DNA of 64,000 nt. Origin: an uncultured Actinomycetota bacterium (lineage in GTDB: Bacteria; Actinomycetota; UBA4738; HRBIN12). The translations under genes and the position numbers were made by a program. Shown one piece after another: positions 50,177 to 60,615 of this stretch. The stretch is from contig CAWIUW010000015.1 in assembly GCA_963839395.1 (NCBI GenBank), positions 333,104 to 397,103 on the forward strand, given 5' to 3'. A model generated the notes under the pieces. The model did not search any database, was not told the origin of the DNA, and worked only from the letters and a program-made list of their open reading frames with translations. Position 1 is the first letter of the stretch, and each line of letters opens with the position of its first letter.

Positions 50177-51318
50177 TGGACCTCGTTGCCGGGCGTGTGT
50201 ATGCCGACGAGCGCCGGCCGATCCGCCATATCGACGGTTTCCTCCTCCTGGTGACGGCGATCCTGCTCTTCCTCGGATTCTTCCTCCTGTACTCCGCGAC
50301 GAACCAGACGCTCCGTCAGGATCGGTTGGATCCGTTCCTTCGCGTCAACAAGCAGATGGTGACGGCCGCGATCGGGGTCGTGTTCATCCTCGTGACGGCG
50401 ACTTTCGACTACCGCTTCCTGAAGGTCTACGCCGGGTTCATCTACGCCGGCATCGTGGTGGCGCTGCTCCTGGTTCGCGTCCCGTTCCTGGGCTCGTCGC
50501 AGGCCGGCGCCCAGCGCTGGTTCGAGGTGGCAGGTTTCCAGATCACGCCGTCGGAGTTCGCCAAGATCGGCTTGATCATCATGCTCGCGGCGAGCCTCGC
50601 GGAGATGAGGCATGCCCTGCCCACGATCCAGGACGTGATCCGGCTGTGCGGCCTCGTGCTCCTTCCGCTCCTGCTTGTGTTCACGCAGCCCGACATCGGC
50701 ACGTCGATCGTCATGATCACGATCGCCGCCGGGATGTTCCTGGTCGCGGGCGTGAGCGGCCGGCATCTCGCGGCACTGGTCGTCATCTGTCTGATACTCA
50801 TCGCGGCCGCGTTCCAGCTGGGTGTGATCAAGGAGTACCAGCTGGACCGTCTCCGGGCCTTCCTGGATCGAGAGAACACGCCCGCGGATGTTCGGTACAA
50901 CCTCGACCAGGCGGAGATCGCCGTCGGCAGCGGTGGGTTGTTCGGCCAGGGGTTCCTCCACGGGCGCCAGACGACGCTCGACTACGTGCCCGAACAGCAC
51001 ACCGACTTCATCTTCACGGTTGCCGGGGAGGAGTTCGGGTTCGTCGGCGCCGTGTTCGTCCTCACGCTCTACGCCCTGCTGCTCTGGAGATCGATCCGGA
51101 TCGCGTTCCTGTCGAAGGATCCGTTCGGGACCTATCTCGCCACCGGTGTCGCCATCATGTTCGCGGTGCAGATGTTCGTGAACATCGGCATGGTGATCGG
51201 GATCATGCCGATCACGGGGATCCCACTGCCTTTCCTGTCCTACGGCGGGAGCTCGATGCTGGCGAGCTGTCTCGGGGTGGGGATCCTGCTCAACGTGCAC
51301 ATGCGGCGCTTCAAGTAG
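50176..51318 (+). CDS. rodA: peptidoglycan glycosyltransferase RodA (SEDS family)
   Basis: SEDS signature. ATG overlaps the mrdA stop (TGATG). Confidence 0.9.
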   Translation: MDLVAGRVYADERRPIRHIDGFLLLVTAILLFLGFFLLYSATNQTLRQDRLDPFLRVNKQMVTAAIGVVFILVTATFDYRFLKVYAGFIYAGIVVALLLVRVPFLGSSQAGAQRWFEVAGFQITPSEFAKIGLIIMLAASLAEMRHALPTIQDVIRLCGLVLLPLLLVFTQPDIGTSIVMITIAAGMFLVAGVSGRHLAALVVICLILIAAAFQLGVIKEYQLDRLRAFLDRENTPADVRYNLDQAEIAVGSGGLFGQGFLHGRQTTLDYVPEQHTDFIFTVAGEEFGFVGAVFVLTLYALLLWRSIRIAFLSKDPFGTYLATGVAIMFAVQMFVNIGMVIGIMPITGIPLPFLSYGGSSMLASCLGVGILLNVHMRRFK

Positions 51319-51354
51319 GCCGTCGTCCCCAGGTGAGCCGAAGCCCCGTCGAAG

Positions 51355-52554
51355 TTACGAGAACTCGGCGGCGAAGGGACTCATCGAGACCCGCCAGAGG
51401 AAGACCGAGCCGTGCGGGCCGGTATGTTCGAGCGTGACATCTCCATCCATCGCACGCGCGGACATCCGAGCCACCGTCAGCCCCAGACCGACGCCCTGGT
51501 GCGTTCGGGTGTGGAGCTCCTCGGCCTGCTCAAGCGGCTCGAAGATCCGCTCGAGCGCGTCGTCCGCGACACCGGGTCCCTGGTCGATGACCCGTACCTC
51601 GATCCCGGTCGGCGATTCGGTGATCCGAACGATGACCTCCACCATCTCGTCCGAGAACTCGAGGCCGTTCTCGACGAGTTCCTCGAGGATCCGAAGAGCC
51701 GCCACCCGGTTGAGGGTCGCGAGCATCGGCCGGCCGGGAGTCTCGATCCGCACGCGGGGCGAGAGCCTCGCGATCTCCTCCGCGACGTCGATCACGTCCG
51801 TGTATTCCGTGAGCCCCGCCTCCACCACCCCTTCGAGGCGCGAGACCAGACGGGCGAGTCCCTGCGCACGCATCACGAGCGCACTCAGCATCTCGACCTG
51901 TTGGTCGGGCGTGCCGGTCCCTTTGGACAGCGTCTGGGCCATGCCGAGGATCACGGTCACCGGCGTCCGGAGCTCGTGGCCCAGCCGGCTCACGAGCTCG
52001 TGACGCCGGGCGGCACGCTCAAGCAGCGCCTCCTGCGCGAGCTCGAGCTGGCGAGCGCGGCGCCGCTCTCGCTCGAGGGCCTCGGTGAGCTCGCCGATCA
52101 CACGCGGCGTGACCTCGGGGGAGATCACGCCGCCGCCGGCAGCCGCCTGCCTGATCGCATGGAAGATCTCGTCGCTGTCGGAGTCCTTCAGCACGTAGCA
52201 GGAGGCGCCGGCGACGAGCATCTCCCGGACGGCGTCCTGATCGTCCACCCCCGTCAGCGCCACGATGCCCACCTCGGGGAACGTGGACTTGAGCTGGCGG
52301 GTGGCCTCGATCCCGTTCATCTCCGGCATGCGGACATCCATCAGAACCACATCTGGGTCCGTTGATCGGACGAGATCGACGGCATCGGCCCCGCTCGCTG
52401 CGGTCCCCACGACGAGAAGCTCCTCTGTGCCCAGGAGCGAAGTGAGTGTCTCCCTGAACCCGGGATTGTCATCCACGACGGCAACTCGGATCTGGGGACG
52501 GGTGGTAGGAGCGACCGGGAGAGTCTCGAGCGCCATCACACGTAGTGTCGGCAC
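51355..52554 (-). CDS. hybrid response regulator-histidine kinase (N-terminal REC, then HisKA, then HATPase)
   Basis: REC D-box VVLMDVRMPEMNG. H-box LGHELRTPV. HATPase G-boxes. Confidence 0.8.
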   Translation of the reverse strand: MPTLRVMALETLPVAPTTRPQIRVAVVDDNPGFRETLTSLLGTEELLVVGTAASGADAVDLVRSTDPDVVLMDVRMPEMNGIEATRQLKSTFPEVGIVALTGVDDQDAVREMLVAGASCYVLKDSDSDEIFHAIRQAAAGGGVISPEVTPRVIGELTEALERERRRARQLELAQEALLERAARRHELVSRLGHELRTPVTVILGMAQTLSKGTGTPDQQVEMLSALVMRAQGLARLVSRLEGVVEAGLTEYTDVIDVAEEIARLSPRVRIETPGRPMLATLNRVAALRILEELVENGLEFSDEMVEVIVRITESPTGIEVRVIDQGPGVADDALERIFEPLEQAEELHTRTHQGVGLGLTVARMSARAMDGDVTLEHTGPHGSVFLWRVSMSPFAAEFS

Positions 52555-53039
52555 CCAGGTCTCCCTCCCGGTATCCCACGCCTGCCGGGTTCCCTCGGGG
52601 GGACGCGGAACGTGTTCTCCTAGCTAAGAAGGACTAGCTCACAACGAGCATGCCTCTTGGATGGGGGGACGCCGATAGGTACATCCCCCAGCTCGATCCC
52701 GATGGTCCGGACCTCGGCTCCCTTCTGAGACCCCGGGGACTGTTATCCTTGTCACACAGACGTGCCCCACCCGGGCCGGCAGCCGACTCGCGCCGCCCGA
52801 GATGGGGGAAGAAGCGAGTTGAGGTGGCGCGCGACGCCGCGGGCGGTCCGAAAGAGAGGATCGCCAGGCAGGCGGCGCGGCCCGGACAGGAACGAACGGT
52901 TGTACGAGCAGGTCTTCAGCCCGGCAGACGGCGGATGCCGCTGCGCGGGTGACGGAACGTTCATCGCAAGAGACCGCGCACCCGCAGCCGGCCGTGCTGT
53001 ATCCGGATCGCCCCCTCGCTCCGAGCGAAGGGAGTAACG
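52555..53039 (+). promoter_or_regulatory. long (about 480 nt) non-coding leader upstream of rne; candidate autoregulatory 5' UTR
   Basis: No convincing ORF. RNase E genes typically carry long structured leaders. Confidence 0.35.
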
Positions 53040-55103
53040 ATGGATCGAGAGACCGAGGCCGCTGCGCCGCAGGCGCCGGCAGGGAACGGACTCCCCCCGA
53101 TCTTCCAACGGCCGACCTACCCCTCGGGTGAACCGGCAACGCGCGCCCCAGAGCGCGCGCCGGAACCTGAGAGGGCGCCGCAACCTGAGAGGCCGCCGCA
53201 AAGGGAGAAAGCACTCGAAAGGGACAGGGCGCCGAGGCGCAAGCCCACGGCGCCGGATCGGCCGAGCGACGGCATCGCCGACGGCCGATCCGACGAAAGC
53301 GCGAAAGAGGATGGCGGCGAGCCCACGGGCTCGTCGACGTCCCGCAGACGCAGTCGTGGCGGGCGCGGCCGAGGAGGCCGCGGCCGAGGTGGCGGCTCCG
53401 GATCGGGTTCGTCCGGCACCGCGTCGTCCCAGGTGGACGCCCCCGAACGAACCACTCGCGGACGTTCGTCCGAACCGGACACAGAGGACGGGCTCGACGC
53501 CGAGCAGCGGCGCCGCCAAGGAGGACGTGGCAGAGGGAGCCGGAGCAGCGCCGCCCCAAAGGAGCCCGCGCAGACCGCCGCCGGTCAGCGCGACGACGCC
53601 CAGCCCGATGAGGCCGACGGTGCCGGGACCGGCACCGGGACCTCGAAGAGGCGAGGTCGTCGTGGCGGTCGCGGCCGCAAGAAGTCCGGCGATACCGTCG
53701 GCACGGAGACGCCGGCGCAGCCGGAGCGCTCGCGCGGCCCCAAGACCCTCGAGGAGCAGGTGGCCTCCGGCGGACCGACCCGCGGACTCCGTTCTCGCAC
53801 GCTCCGAGGCCGCGGGCGGCGTCAGCGGGAACCACAGATCACGCCGCCTCGGATCACCGACAAGCTCATGGTCATCACCGAGCACGGAGATCGGGACCAG
53901 ATCGCCGTGCTCGAAGAGAACGTGCTCGTGCAGCACTACGTCACGCGACGCGGTGCGCATTCGATGGTGGGCAACGTCTACCTCGGCCGGATCCAGAACG
54001 TGTTGCCGGGGATGGAAGCCGCGTTCGTCGACATCGGCCGCGGACGCAACGGCGTGCTCTACGCCGGTGAGGTCAACTACTCGCCTGAAGACCTGGACGG
54101 CGGGCGGCCGCCGAGGATCGAGCAGGTGCTGAAGTCCGGCCAGGCCGTCATGGTGCAGGTCACGAAGGACCCCATGGGAGGCAAAGGAGCCCGACTCACG
54201 GCACAGATCTCCCTCCCGGGTCGCTTCCTCGTCCTCGCGCCCGACCAGGACGTCTCGGGGATCTCGCGACGGCTCTCGGACGAGGCCCGCAAGCGGCTGA
54301 AGGCGATCCTGAACAAGGTGAAGCCAAAGGAGCACGGGGTGATCGTCCGCACGGCCGCCGAGGGTGCCTCCGAGGAAGAGATCACCCAGGACCTGCAACG
54401 ACTCATCGCGCTGTGGGAGCAGATCCAGAAGTCCTCGAAGCGCGCCAAGGCGCCCGCGGAGCTCTACGAGGAGCCGGAGCTCACCGTCCGTGTAGTGCGC
54501 GACCTGTTCACCGACGAGGAGTTCCGAGGTCTCGTGACCGACTCCGAGCGGATCTACGACAAGGTGATGGAGTACGTGCGCGACGTCGCGCCGGATCTCG
54601 AGTCGAAGGTCACGCTCCATCGCGGACCTCTGTCCGCCTTCGAGGAGCACCGGATCGTCGAGCAGATCCACAAGGCGCTCGACCGGAAGGTGTGGCTGCC
54701 CTCCGGGGGCTACCTGATCATCGAGCAGACCGAGGCGATGACGATCGTCGACGTGAACACCGGCAAGGCCGTCGGGAAGACGAACCTCGAGGAGACGGTG
54801 CTCACGACGAACCTGGAGGCCGCCCGTGAGGTCGCCCGCCAGCTTCGTCTGCGGGACATCGGCGGCATCATCGTGATCGACTTCATCGACCTGCTGCTGG
54901 AACAGAACAAGCGGAAGGTCGAGGACACGATGCGCGAGGCCCTCGCGATCGACAAGACGAGGTCGCAGGTCTTCGAGATCGGCCCGCTGGGGATCATGCA
55001 GATCACCCGCAAGCGGGTCTCCGGCGGCCTGGTCGACTCGTTCTCGGAGACCTGCCCCACGTGCGAGGGGCGGGGCATCATCGTCAACTACGACGCGAGC
55101 TGA
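53040..55103 (+). CDS. rne: ribonuclease E/G, actinobacterial type with Arg/Gly-rich N-terminal low-complexity region
   Basis: S1 domain and catalytic core (DVNTGK, FIDLL). C-terminal Zn-link CPTCEGRG. Confidence 0.9.
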   Translation: MDRETEAAAPQAPAGNGLPPIFQRPTYPSGEPATRAPERAPEPERAPQPERPPQREKALERDRAPRRKPTAPDRPSDGIADGRSDESAKEDGGEPTGSSTSRRRSRGGRGRGGRGRGGGSGSGSSGTASSQVDAPERTTRGRSSEPDTEDGLDAEQRRRQGGRGRGSRSSAAPKEPAQTAAGQRDDAQPDEADGAGTGTGTSKRRGRRGGRGRKKSGDTVGTETPAQPERSRGPKTLEEQVASGGPTRGLRSRTLRGRGRRQREPQITPPRITDKLMVITEHGDRDQIAVLEENVLVQHYVTRRGAHSMVGNVYLGRIQNVLPGMEAAFVDIGRGRNGVLYAGEVNYSPEDLDGGRPPRIEQVLKSGQAVMVQVTKDPMGGKGARLTAQISLPGRFLVLAPDQDVSGISRRLSDEARKRLKAILNKVKPKEHGVIVRTAAEGASEEEITQDLQRLIALWEQIQKSSKRAKAPAELYEEPELTVRVVRDLFTDEEFRGLVTDSERIYDKVMEYVRDVAPDLESKVTLHRGPLSAFEEHRIVEQIHKALDRKVWLPSGGYLIIEQTEAMTIVDVNTGKAVGKTNLEETVLTTNLEAAREVARQLRLRDIGGIIVIDFIDLLLEQNKRKVEDTMREALAIDKTRSQVFEIGPLGIMQITRKRVSGGLVDSFSETCPTCEGRGIIVNYDAS

Positions 55104-55137
55104 TCGGGAATCCCGAGGGACGAGAGAGGAACCAACC

Positions 55138-55515
55138 ATGTACGCGGTGATCAAGACGGGCGGCAAGCAGCACAAGGTGCAGGCCGGCGACGTGATCGAG
55201 GTGGAGAAGCTGGTCGCCGACGGCGAGACGGTGGAGTTCCACCCGCTGCTCGTCGTCGACGACGACGGCAAGACCATCGTCGGTGCCGAGGCGGCCAAGG
55301 CGGTCGTGATCGCGAAGCCCTTGGGCGAGAAGAAGGGCGAGAAGGTCAAGGTCTTCAAGTACCGGCCCAAGTCGGGATACGCGAGGAAAGCGGGACACCG
55401 TCAGCTCGTCACGATGCTCGAGATCACCGAGGTGAAGCTCCCGGCCCGCCGCGCGAGCTCACAGAAGAAGGACGCACAGAAGGATGACGCCGATGCCGCA
55501 GCGTCGTCCGACTAG
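55138..55515 (+). CDS. rplU: 50S ribosomal protein L21
   Basis: MYAVIKTGGKQHKV. Confidence 0.95.
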   Translation: MYAVIKTGGKQHKVQAGDVIEVEKLVADGETVEFHPLLVVDDDGKTIVGAEAAKAVVIAKPLGEKKGEKVKVFKYRPKSGYARKAGHRQLVTMLEITEVKLPARRASSQKKDAQKDDADAAASSD

Positions 55516-55534
55516 CTGGTAGCCTCGAGCGACC

Positions 55535-55789
55535 ATGGCACACAAGAAGGGTGGCGGCTCGTCCCGGAACGGTCGGGACTCGACCTCGAAGCGATTGGGG
55601 GTCAAGGCGTTCGGCGGGGAGTCGGTCTCCGCCGGCTCGGTCATCGTGCGCCAACGCGGGACCAGGATCCACCCCGGTGAGGGTGTCGGCAAGGGTGGGG
55701 ACGACACGCTGTTCGCCTTGCGCGCCGGCACGATCGAGTTCCACGAGTCGCGGGGCCGCAAGTACGCGTCGGTCCTCGCCGACGGCTAG
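55535..55789 (+). CDS. rpmA: 50S ribosomal protein L27
   Basis: [16 protein letters not shown]. Confidence 0.95.
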   Translation: MAHKKGGGSSRNGRDSTSKRLGVKAFGGESVSAGSVIVRQRGTRIHPGEGVGKGGDDTLFALRAGTIEFHESRGRKYASVLADG

Positions 55790-56262
55790 GGCCGTCCGGC
55801 TCGCTCCGTCACCGCATCCGCCCACGCACGAACCACGTGTTTCGACGTCGCGCTCGTCGATCTCAGATAGCCGAGGTTCATCCGCGCGATCTGCCGTTTC
55901 GACGGTGTGGCGCGCGTGAACTGCCCGAGAGGTCCGCGCGGTTCGATCGTCGCCGACCTGGGCACAGCTTCCAGTGGCGGGGGTTGTGAGAAGTAGAAGG
56001 CGGTCTTCCGATCCTCCTCGTCCTTGCGCCAGTCGACGATCAGGACGGGTGACCCCCTGATCCTCTTCGCGCGGCGGATCGAGCCGTAGTCGAACCGTAC
56101 GTCCACCCCGCTCTTCCGTTCGACGAACTCCAGGCCGCTTCCTCCCAAGGTGAGGGTCCCTCGCACCTCGTGCGCCTTCGTTCCGGCGCCGAGGTGCACC
56201 ATCCAGACCTCCACCGGTTTGACCACGTGCCAATCTTCGTCCCTCGCACCGCTGTCGACCAC
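55786..56262 (-). CDS. hypothetical protein (possible PH/GRAM-like fold)
   Basis: 158-aa ORF with acceptable codon bias, on the strand opposite the rplU-rpmA-obg cluster. Confidence 0.4.
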   Translation of the reverse strand: MVDSGARDEDWHVVKPVEVWMVHLGAGTKAHEVRGTLTLGGSGLEFVERKSGVDVRFDYGSIRRAKRIRGSPVLIVDWRKDEEDRKTAFYFSQPPPLEAVPRSATIEPRGPLGQFTRATPSKRQIARMNLGYLRSTSATSKHVVRAWADAVTERAGRP

Positions 56263-56276
56263 CTAGGCTGTTCGGG

Positions 56277-57536
56277 ATGACGTTCGTGGACGAGGTCGAT
56301 GTGGAGGTGCGCGCCGGTCGCGGCGGCGACGGCTCCGCCGCCATGGGCAGCGAGCCTTACAAGCCGAAAGGAGGCCCGGACGGCGGGGACGGCGGCCGAG
56401 GCGGCGACGTCGTGTTCCGGGCATCCCGCAACCTCCACGATCTGGCGTGGTTCGCGGACCACCCGCACCTCCGGGCCGAGCCCGGGACCCCGGGCGGCCG
56501 GGCCCGCCGCGACGGAGCGAAGGGGAAAGACCTCGTGATCACGGTCCCGAACGGCACGGTGGTGTTCGACGAGCAAGGGCTCCTGGCCGACCTGGTGGGC
56601 GAGGGGGCGGAGGCCGTCGTCGCCCGCGGAGGCCGCGGCGGGCGTGGCAACGTGCGGTTCGCGGGCCCCAAGAATCGGATGCCCAAGACCGCCGAAGCCG
56701 GGGAGGAGGGTGAGGATCGCCGGCTGCAGCTGGAGCTCCGGACGGTCGCCGACGTCGGCCTCGTCGGGCTGCCGAACGCGGGGAAGTCCACGCTCCTTTC
56801 CCGGCTGACGGCGGCGAGGCCCAAGATCGCCGACTACCCGTTCACGACGCTCACACCCAACCTGGGCGTCGCGGAGGCGGGCGGTGAGCGGTTCGTGGTC
56901 GCCGACATCCCCGGGCTGGTCGAGGGCGCGCACCGAGGGAAGGGGCTCGGCCATCGGTTCCTGCGACACATCACGCGCTGCCGAGCGCTCGTCCTGGTCG
57001 TCGATCTCTCTTCCGCGGATCCGTCCCACGATCTGGACACGCTTCGCCAGGAGCTCGGCGCCTACGACGCCGACCTCGCCGACCGACGTTCGCTCGTCGT
57101 CGGGACCAAAGCGGACCTGGTCGAGGATCCGCAGGCGGCAGCGGACACGATCCGGTCGCTGCCGGTGTCGGCCGTGACGGGAGAGGGGCTCGATCTCCTC
57201 GCCGCGCAGCTCGACACGATGTCTCGTCAGGTGGCCGCCGAGCAGCCTCCTCGGACCCCATACGTCGTGCTCCGCCCGGGGAGGCCGCGATTCACCGTGG
57301 CGCGGGAGAACGGCGGCTGGCGCGTGGCCGGACGCAACGTCGAACGGTGGGTTCGGGAGGCGGATCTCGACGACGAACGGCAGCTCACGCGCCTCCAGCG
57401 CCGACTGATCAAGGAGGGAGTCGAGCGGCAGTTGACCAAGGCGGGTGCGCGCCGCGGCGACGAGATCCGCATCTCCGACCGCGCCTTCGAGTTCCTCCCG
57501 GGAGACGACCTTCCGGCGGAGCATGGGGAAGCGTGA
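56277..57536 (+). CDS. obg: GTPase Obg/CgtA
   Basis: Obg fold Gly-rich N-terminus. G1 GLPNAGKST. G3 DIPGL. Confidence 0.95.
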   Translation: MTFVDEVDVEVRAGRGGDGSAAMGSEPYKPKGGPDGGDGGRGGDVVFRASRNLHDLAWFADHPHLRAEPGTPGGRARRDGAKGKDLVITVPNGTVVFDEQGLLADLVGEGAEAVVARGGRGGRGNVRFAGPKNRMPKTAEAGEEGEDRRLQLELRTVADVGLVGLPNAGKSTLLSRLTAARPKIADYPFTTLTPNLGVAEAGGERFVVADIPGLVEGAHRGKGLGHRFLRHITRCRALVLVVDLSSADPSHDLDTLRQELGAYDADLADRRSLVVGTKADLVEDPQAAADTIRSLPVSAVTGEGLDLLAAQLDTMSRQVAAEQPPRTPYVVLRPGRPRFTVARENGGWRVAGRNVERWVREADLDDERQLTRLQRRLIKEGVERQLTKAGARRGDEIRISDRAFEFLPGDDLPAEHGEA

Positions 57537-57571
57537 CCCCAGGATCATGAGCCCAAGATGAGCCCAAGATC

Positions 57572-58024
57572 ATGAGCATGGACACCGACGGCCTGCTCGC
57601 CGACGAGGAGCGGGGCTGGCTCGAGCTCACCGAGGTCTTCGGCGACGTGCCGCCCGACCGGTTCGATGAGCCGTCCGTCACGAAGGAAGGGTGGTCGCCG
57701 AAGGACGTCATGTACCACGTGGCCGCGTGGGCCGATGAAGCTGCCAAGGTCCTCGGGCGGATCGCCGCCGGCACGCATCGGGAGAGCGATCCCGACACGC
57801 AGGCCCTGAACGATGAGTGGTTCGAGGCGGGGCGGGGGCTCGAGGACGACATCGTCCGGATGCGTTTCGCGAAAGGCCGTGTGGCGATGCGCCAGGCCTT
57901 CTCCAAGCTCGCCGAGGTCGATGCGAACGCCTGGGAATGGTTCGAGGAATCGGGTCCCAGGCACTATGAGGAACATCTGCCCGATCTGCGCGCCTTCCTG
58001 GAGCGGAGCACCGACCGGCCGTAG
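57572..58024 (+). CDS. DinB/ClbS-like four-helix-bundle family protein (hypothetical)
   Basis: 150 aa. WSPKDVMYHVAAW motif context. Confidence 0.55.
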   Translation: MSMDTDGLLADEERGWLELTEVFGDVPPDRFDEPSVTKEGWSPKDVMYHVAAWADEAAKVLGRIAAGTHRESDPDTQALNDEWFEAGRGLEDDIVRMRFAKGRVAMRQAFSKLAEVDANAWEWFEESGPRHYEEHLPDLRAFLERSTDRP

Positions 58025-58033
58025 GATTCGCAT

Positions 58034-58621
58034 GTGGGACGACGCCTGGGGGTGATGGGCGGGACGTTCGATCCGATCCATTACGGCCACCTCGTGACGG
58101 CAGAGGAAGCGCTCGAGCAGTTCGAGCTCGAGGGCGTGCTCTTCGTTCCGACCGGCCGGCCCTGGATGAAGGAGCACGAGGTCGTGTCTCCCGCCGAGGA
58201 CCGCTACCTGATGACGGTCATCGCGACGGCGAGCAACCCCTTGTTCTCCGTGTCGCGGATCGAGGTGGACGGTGACGGACCCACGTACACCGTGGAGACG
58301 CTCCGCTCGTTGAAGGGAGAGCTCGACGCCGAGCTGTTCTTCATCACGGGCGCCGACGCGATCCTCGAGATGATCCAGTGGAAGCAGGCGGGTGAGCTGT
58401 TCGAGCTCGCTCGGTTCATCGCGGCGACACGGCCGGGATACGACATGGCCGGCTTCGAGGTGCCCGGCGCGGCGAAGGACGCGGTCACGGTGATGAACAT
58501 CCCGGCGCTCGCGATCTCCTCCACCGACATCCGGGCCCGCGTGAAGGCCGGCGGCCCCATCCGATACCTCGTGCCCGAGGGCGTGAAGAGCTACATCGAG
58601 AAGGCCGGGTTGTACCGGTGA
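58034..58621 (+). CDS. nadD: nicotinate-nucleotide adenylyltransferase
   Basis: GGTFDPIHYGH (HxGH). Confidence 0.9.
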   Translation: MGRRLGVMGGTFDPIHYGHLVTAEEALEQFELEGVLFVPTGRPWMKEHEVVSPAEDRYLMTVIATASNPLFSVSRIEVDGDGPTYTVETLRSLKGELDAELFFITGADAILEMIQWKQAGELFELARFIAATRPGYDMAGFEVPGAAKDAVTVMNIPALAISSTDIRARVKAGGPIRYLVPEGVKSYIEKAGLYR

Positions 58622-59688
58622 CGGCCGCGACCCGGGTCTCTCGGGGCGCGACCGTGCGGCGTCGCCGAGCCGCGGCGGTCGTCGCGGGCGTGGTCCTCGT
58701 GGCCGCCGGCGCGTACGGCGTCTCGCGGCTCGGCGACGCCGCGGGCGGGGGACCCACCGACCCGAACGACGACGTGCGCCCGGCGAGCGCCTCCGAGCTC
58801 CTCGTCCTGCAAGTGACTGGCACGGACGACCCGCTGCTCGCGGTGATCGGAGCCGCTCAGGACGGGAGGCGGCCCGCGTTCTTCAGCGTGCCGTTCGATC
58901 TGACGCTCACGGTGCCGGGGCAGGGAGAGGCGATGGCGGCGGAGGTTGCCGGTCTGGACGCCGAAACGGTTCGCGTCGCGGTCTCCAACACGTTCGGAGC
59001 CTGGGCGAAGCATGTCGCGGTGATGGACCTGGACGGGCTCGCCGCCGTGATCGATCGAAGCGGGGGCATCCGCGTGCGGGTGCCCGGGTTCTACGTCACC
59101 GACGCCGGGAACCTGGGTCCGGGCCCCGACCGGTTGAGCGGAGAGCAGGTCGGGGCGCTGCTCCGCCTCGAGGAGGAAGGGGGCGAGGCACGCTGGGCCT
59201 CGGTCGTGCAGGCGCTCCTCCGCGGGCGGATCCGTCTCGGCCAGGACGACCTGGCCGAGACGGACGGGGTCGGGGGGGTACGCCGCGTGCTGAGGGGCGC
59301 ACGCGGCGCCGCCATCGCCTCGTTCCCCACCCTGTCGGTGGCGGGAAGCCTCACCGTGCCCATGCAGCCCGATCTCGATCGGCAGGTCGCTCGGCTGTTC
59401 GGGGTGGCGAGCCCCGTTCCGGTGATCGTGGAGAACGGGGTCGGCGCGCCCGGTCTCGGGCAAGATGTCGCTGCGGTGCTGCTTCCCCTCGGGTTCCGCG
59501 TGGTCCTGTCGCAGAACGCCGACCTGTTCGGGTATGCGCGAACGCGCGTGGTCGCGAACAGCGACCAGGCCATCGCGGATGCCCGGCGGATCCAGGATGC
59601 GCTCGGGGTCGGGCGTGTCCGCGTCTCGCAGGTACCATCGGGTATCGGAGACATCACGATCATCGTGGGGGAGGACTTCGCCGGGTGA
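58618..59688 (+). CDS. LytR-CpsA-Psr (LCP) family protein with LytR_C domain
   Basis: N-terminal TM anchor. Located between nadD and rsfS, as in many actinobacteria. Confidence 0.75.
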   Translation: MTAATRVSRGATVRRRRAAAVVAGVVLVAAGAYGVSRLGDAAGGGPTDPNDDVRPASASELLVLQVTGTDDPLLAVIGAAQDGRRPAFFSVPFDLTLTVPGQGEAMAAEVAGLDAETVRVAVSNTFGAWAKHVAVMDLDGLAAVIDRSGGIRVRVPGFYVTDAGNLGPGPDRLSGEQVGALLRLEEEGGEARWASVVQALLRGRIRLGQDDLAETDGVGGVRRVLRGARGAAIASFPTLSVAGSLTVPMQPDLDRQVARLFGVASPVPVIVENGVGAPGLGQDVAAVLLPLGFRVVLSQNADLFGYARTRVVANSDQAIADARRIQDALGVGRVRVSQVPSGIGDITIIVGEDFAG

Positions 59689-60095
59689 GGGGTACGGACC
59701 AGCAGCGGGGAGGCGGGCGGATCCCGCCGAGCCGCGACACGGCCGCCGCCGCCGCCCGAGCCGCCTCGTCGAAGCAAGCCCAAGATGTCGTCGTCCTCGA
59801 CGTGAGCACGCTCATCGTGATCACGGACCATTTCGTGATCTGCACGGCCACGTCCACGCGCCAGATCAAGTCGGTCGTGGACGAGATCGAGCGCGCCCTC
59901 CGCGAGCACCTCGACGTCCGCCCTGCACGGCGGGAGGGCGAAGGGGACGCCGGCTGGTGGCTACTCGACTACATCGACGTGGTGGTCCACGTGTTCGGGC
60001 CCGAGGAGCGCGCCTTCTACGACCTCGAACGGCTCTGGCGCGACGCTCCCCGGCTCGACTGGGAGGAGCCTGACGCGGTTTCCTCCGCGCGCTGA
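59685..60095 (+). CDS. rsfS: ribosome silencing factor RsfS (Iojap)
   Basis: VVLDVSTLIVITDHFVICTATSTRQ..DVVVHVF. Confidence 0.85.
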   Translation: MRGTDQQRGGGRIPPSRDTAAAAARAASSKQAQDVVVLDVSTLIVITDHFVICTATSTRQIKSVVDEIERALREHLDVRPARREGEGDAGWWLLDYIDVVVHVFGPEERAFYDLERLWRDAPRLDWEEPDAVSSAR

Positions 60096-60102
60096 GCGAG
60101 TC

Positions 60103-60588
60103 TCAGAACGGCTTCAGAACCATCAGCGCGACGACGATCCCCACCACCACGACCTCGTAGGTCCGGGCGAACGCGACCCATGGATCGCGGAACGCGGCCG
60201 TCAGCTCCGGTGTGACCGTCCCGCGTGCGCGCGAGTCGGCGAGTGCGGCCTCGAACACACGACCGCGCGGGAGGAAGATCAGCGGGACGAGGGCGATGAT
60301 CGACACGTAGAGCACCAAAGACACGAGGAGCCAGTACGCACCGTCTGCGAACAGCGGTCGGTCCTGCGCCCACATCGCGAGCAGACCGAGCACGAGGACA
60401 GCCGCGGAGCCCGGGATCACGATCTTCTCGAATCGGTCGGCCGCAGGAAGGAGCGTGTCGATCTCGGCGATGTCATCAGTGCGACGCGCGAGACCCAGAA
60501 CGATCCACCGGCCTAGCAAGCCGCCGACGAACAGGAACGCGGTCGCGACGTGAAGGAAGACGACGAAAGTGGCAAGCGATACGTCCAT
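60103..60588 (-). CDS. hypothetical integral membrane protein (4-5 TM)
   Basis: 161-aa hydrophobic ORF with good codon bias. Confidence 0.55.
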   Translation of the reverse strand: MDVSLATFVVFLHVATAFLFVGGLLGRWIVLGLARRTDDIAEIDTLLPAADRFEKIVIPGSAAVLVLGLLAMWAQDRPLFADGAYWLLVSLVLYVSIIALVPLIFLPRGRVFEAALADSRARGTVTPELTAAFRDPWVAFARTYEVVVVGIVVALMVLKPF

Positions 60589-60615
60589 CCCGGGTCCCGT
60601 AGACTAGCCCCCTCG

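Noticed and set aside
52752-55370. 872-aa minus-strand ORF
   Set aside because: Antisense to rne and its leader. Low-complexity R/G/A-rich translation.
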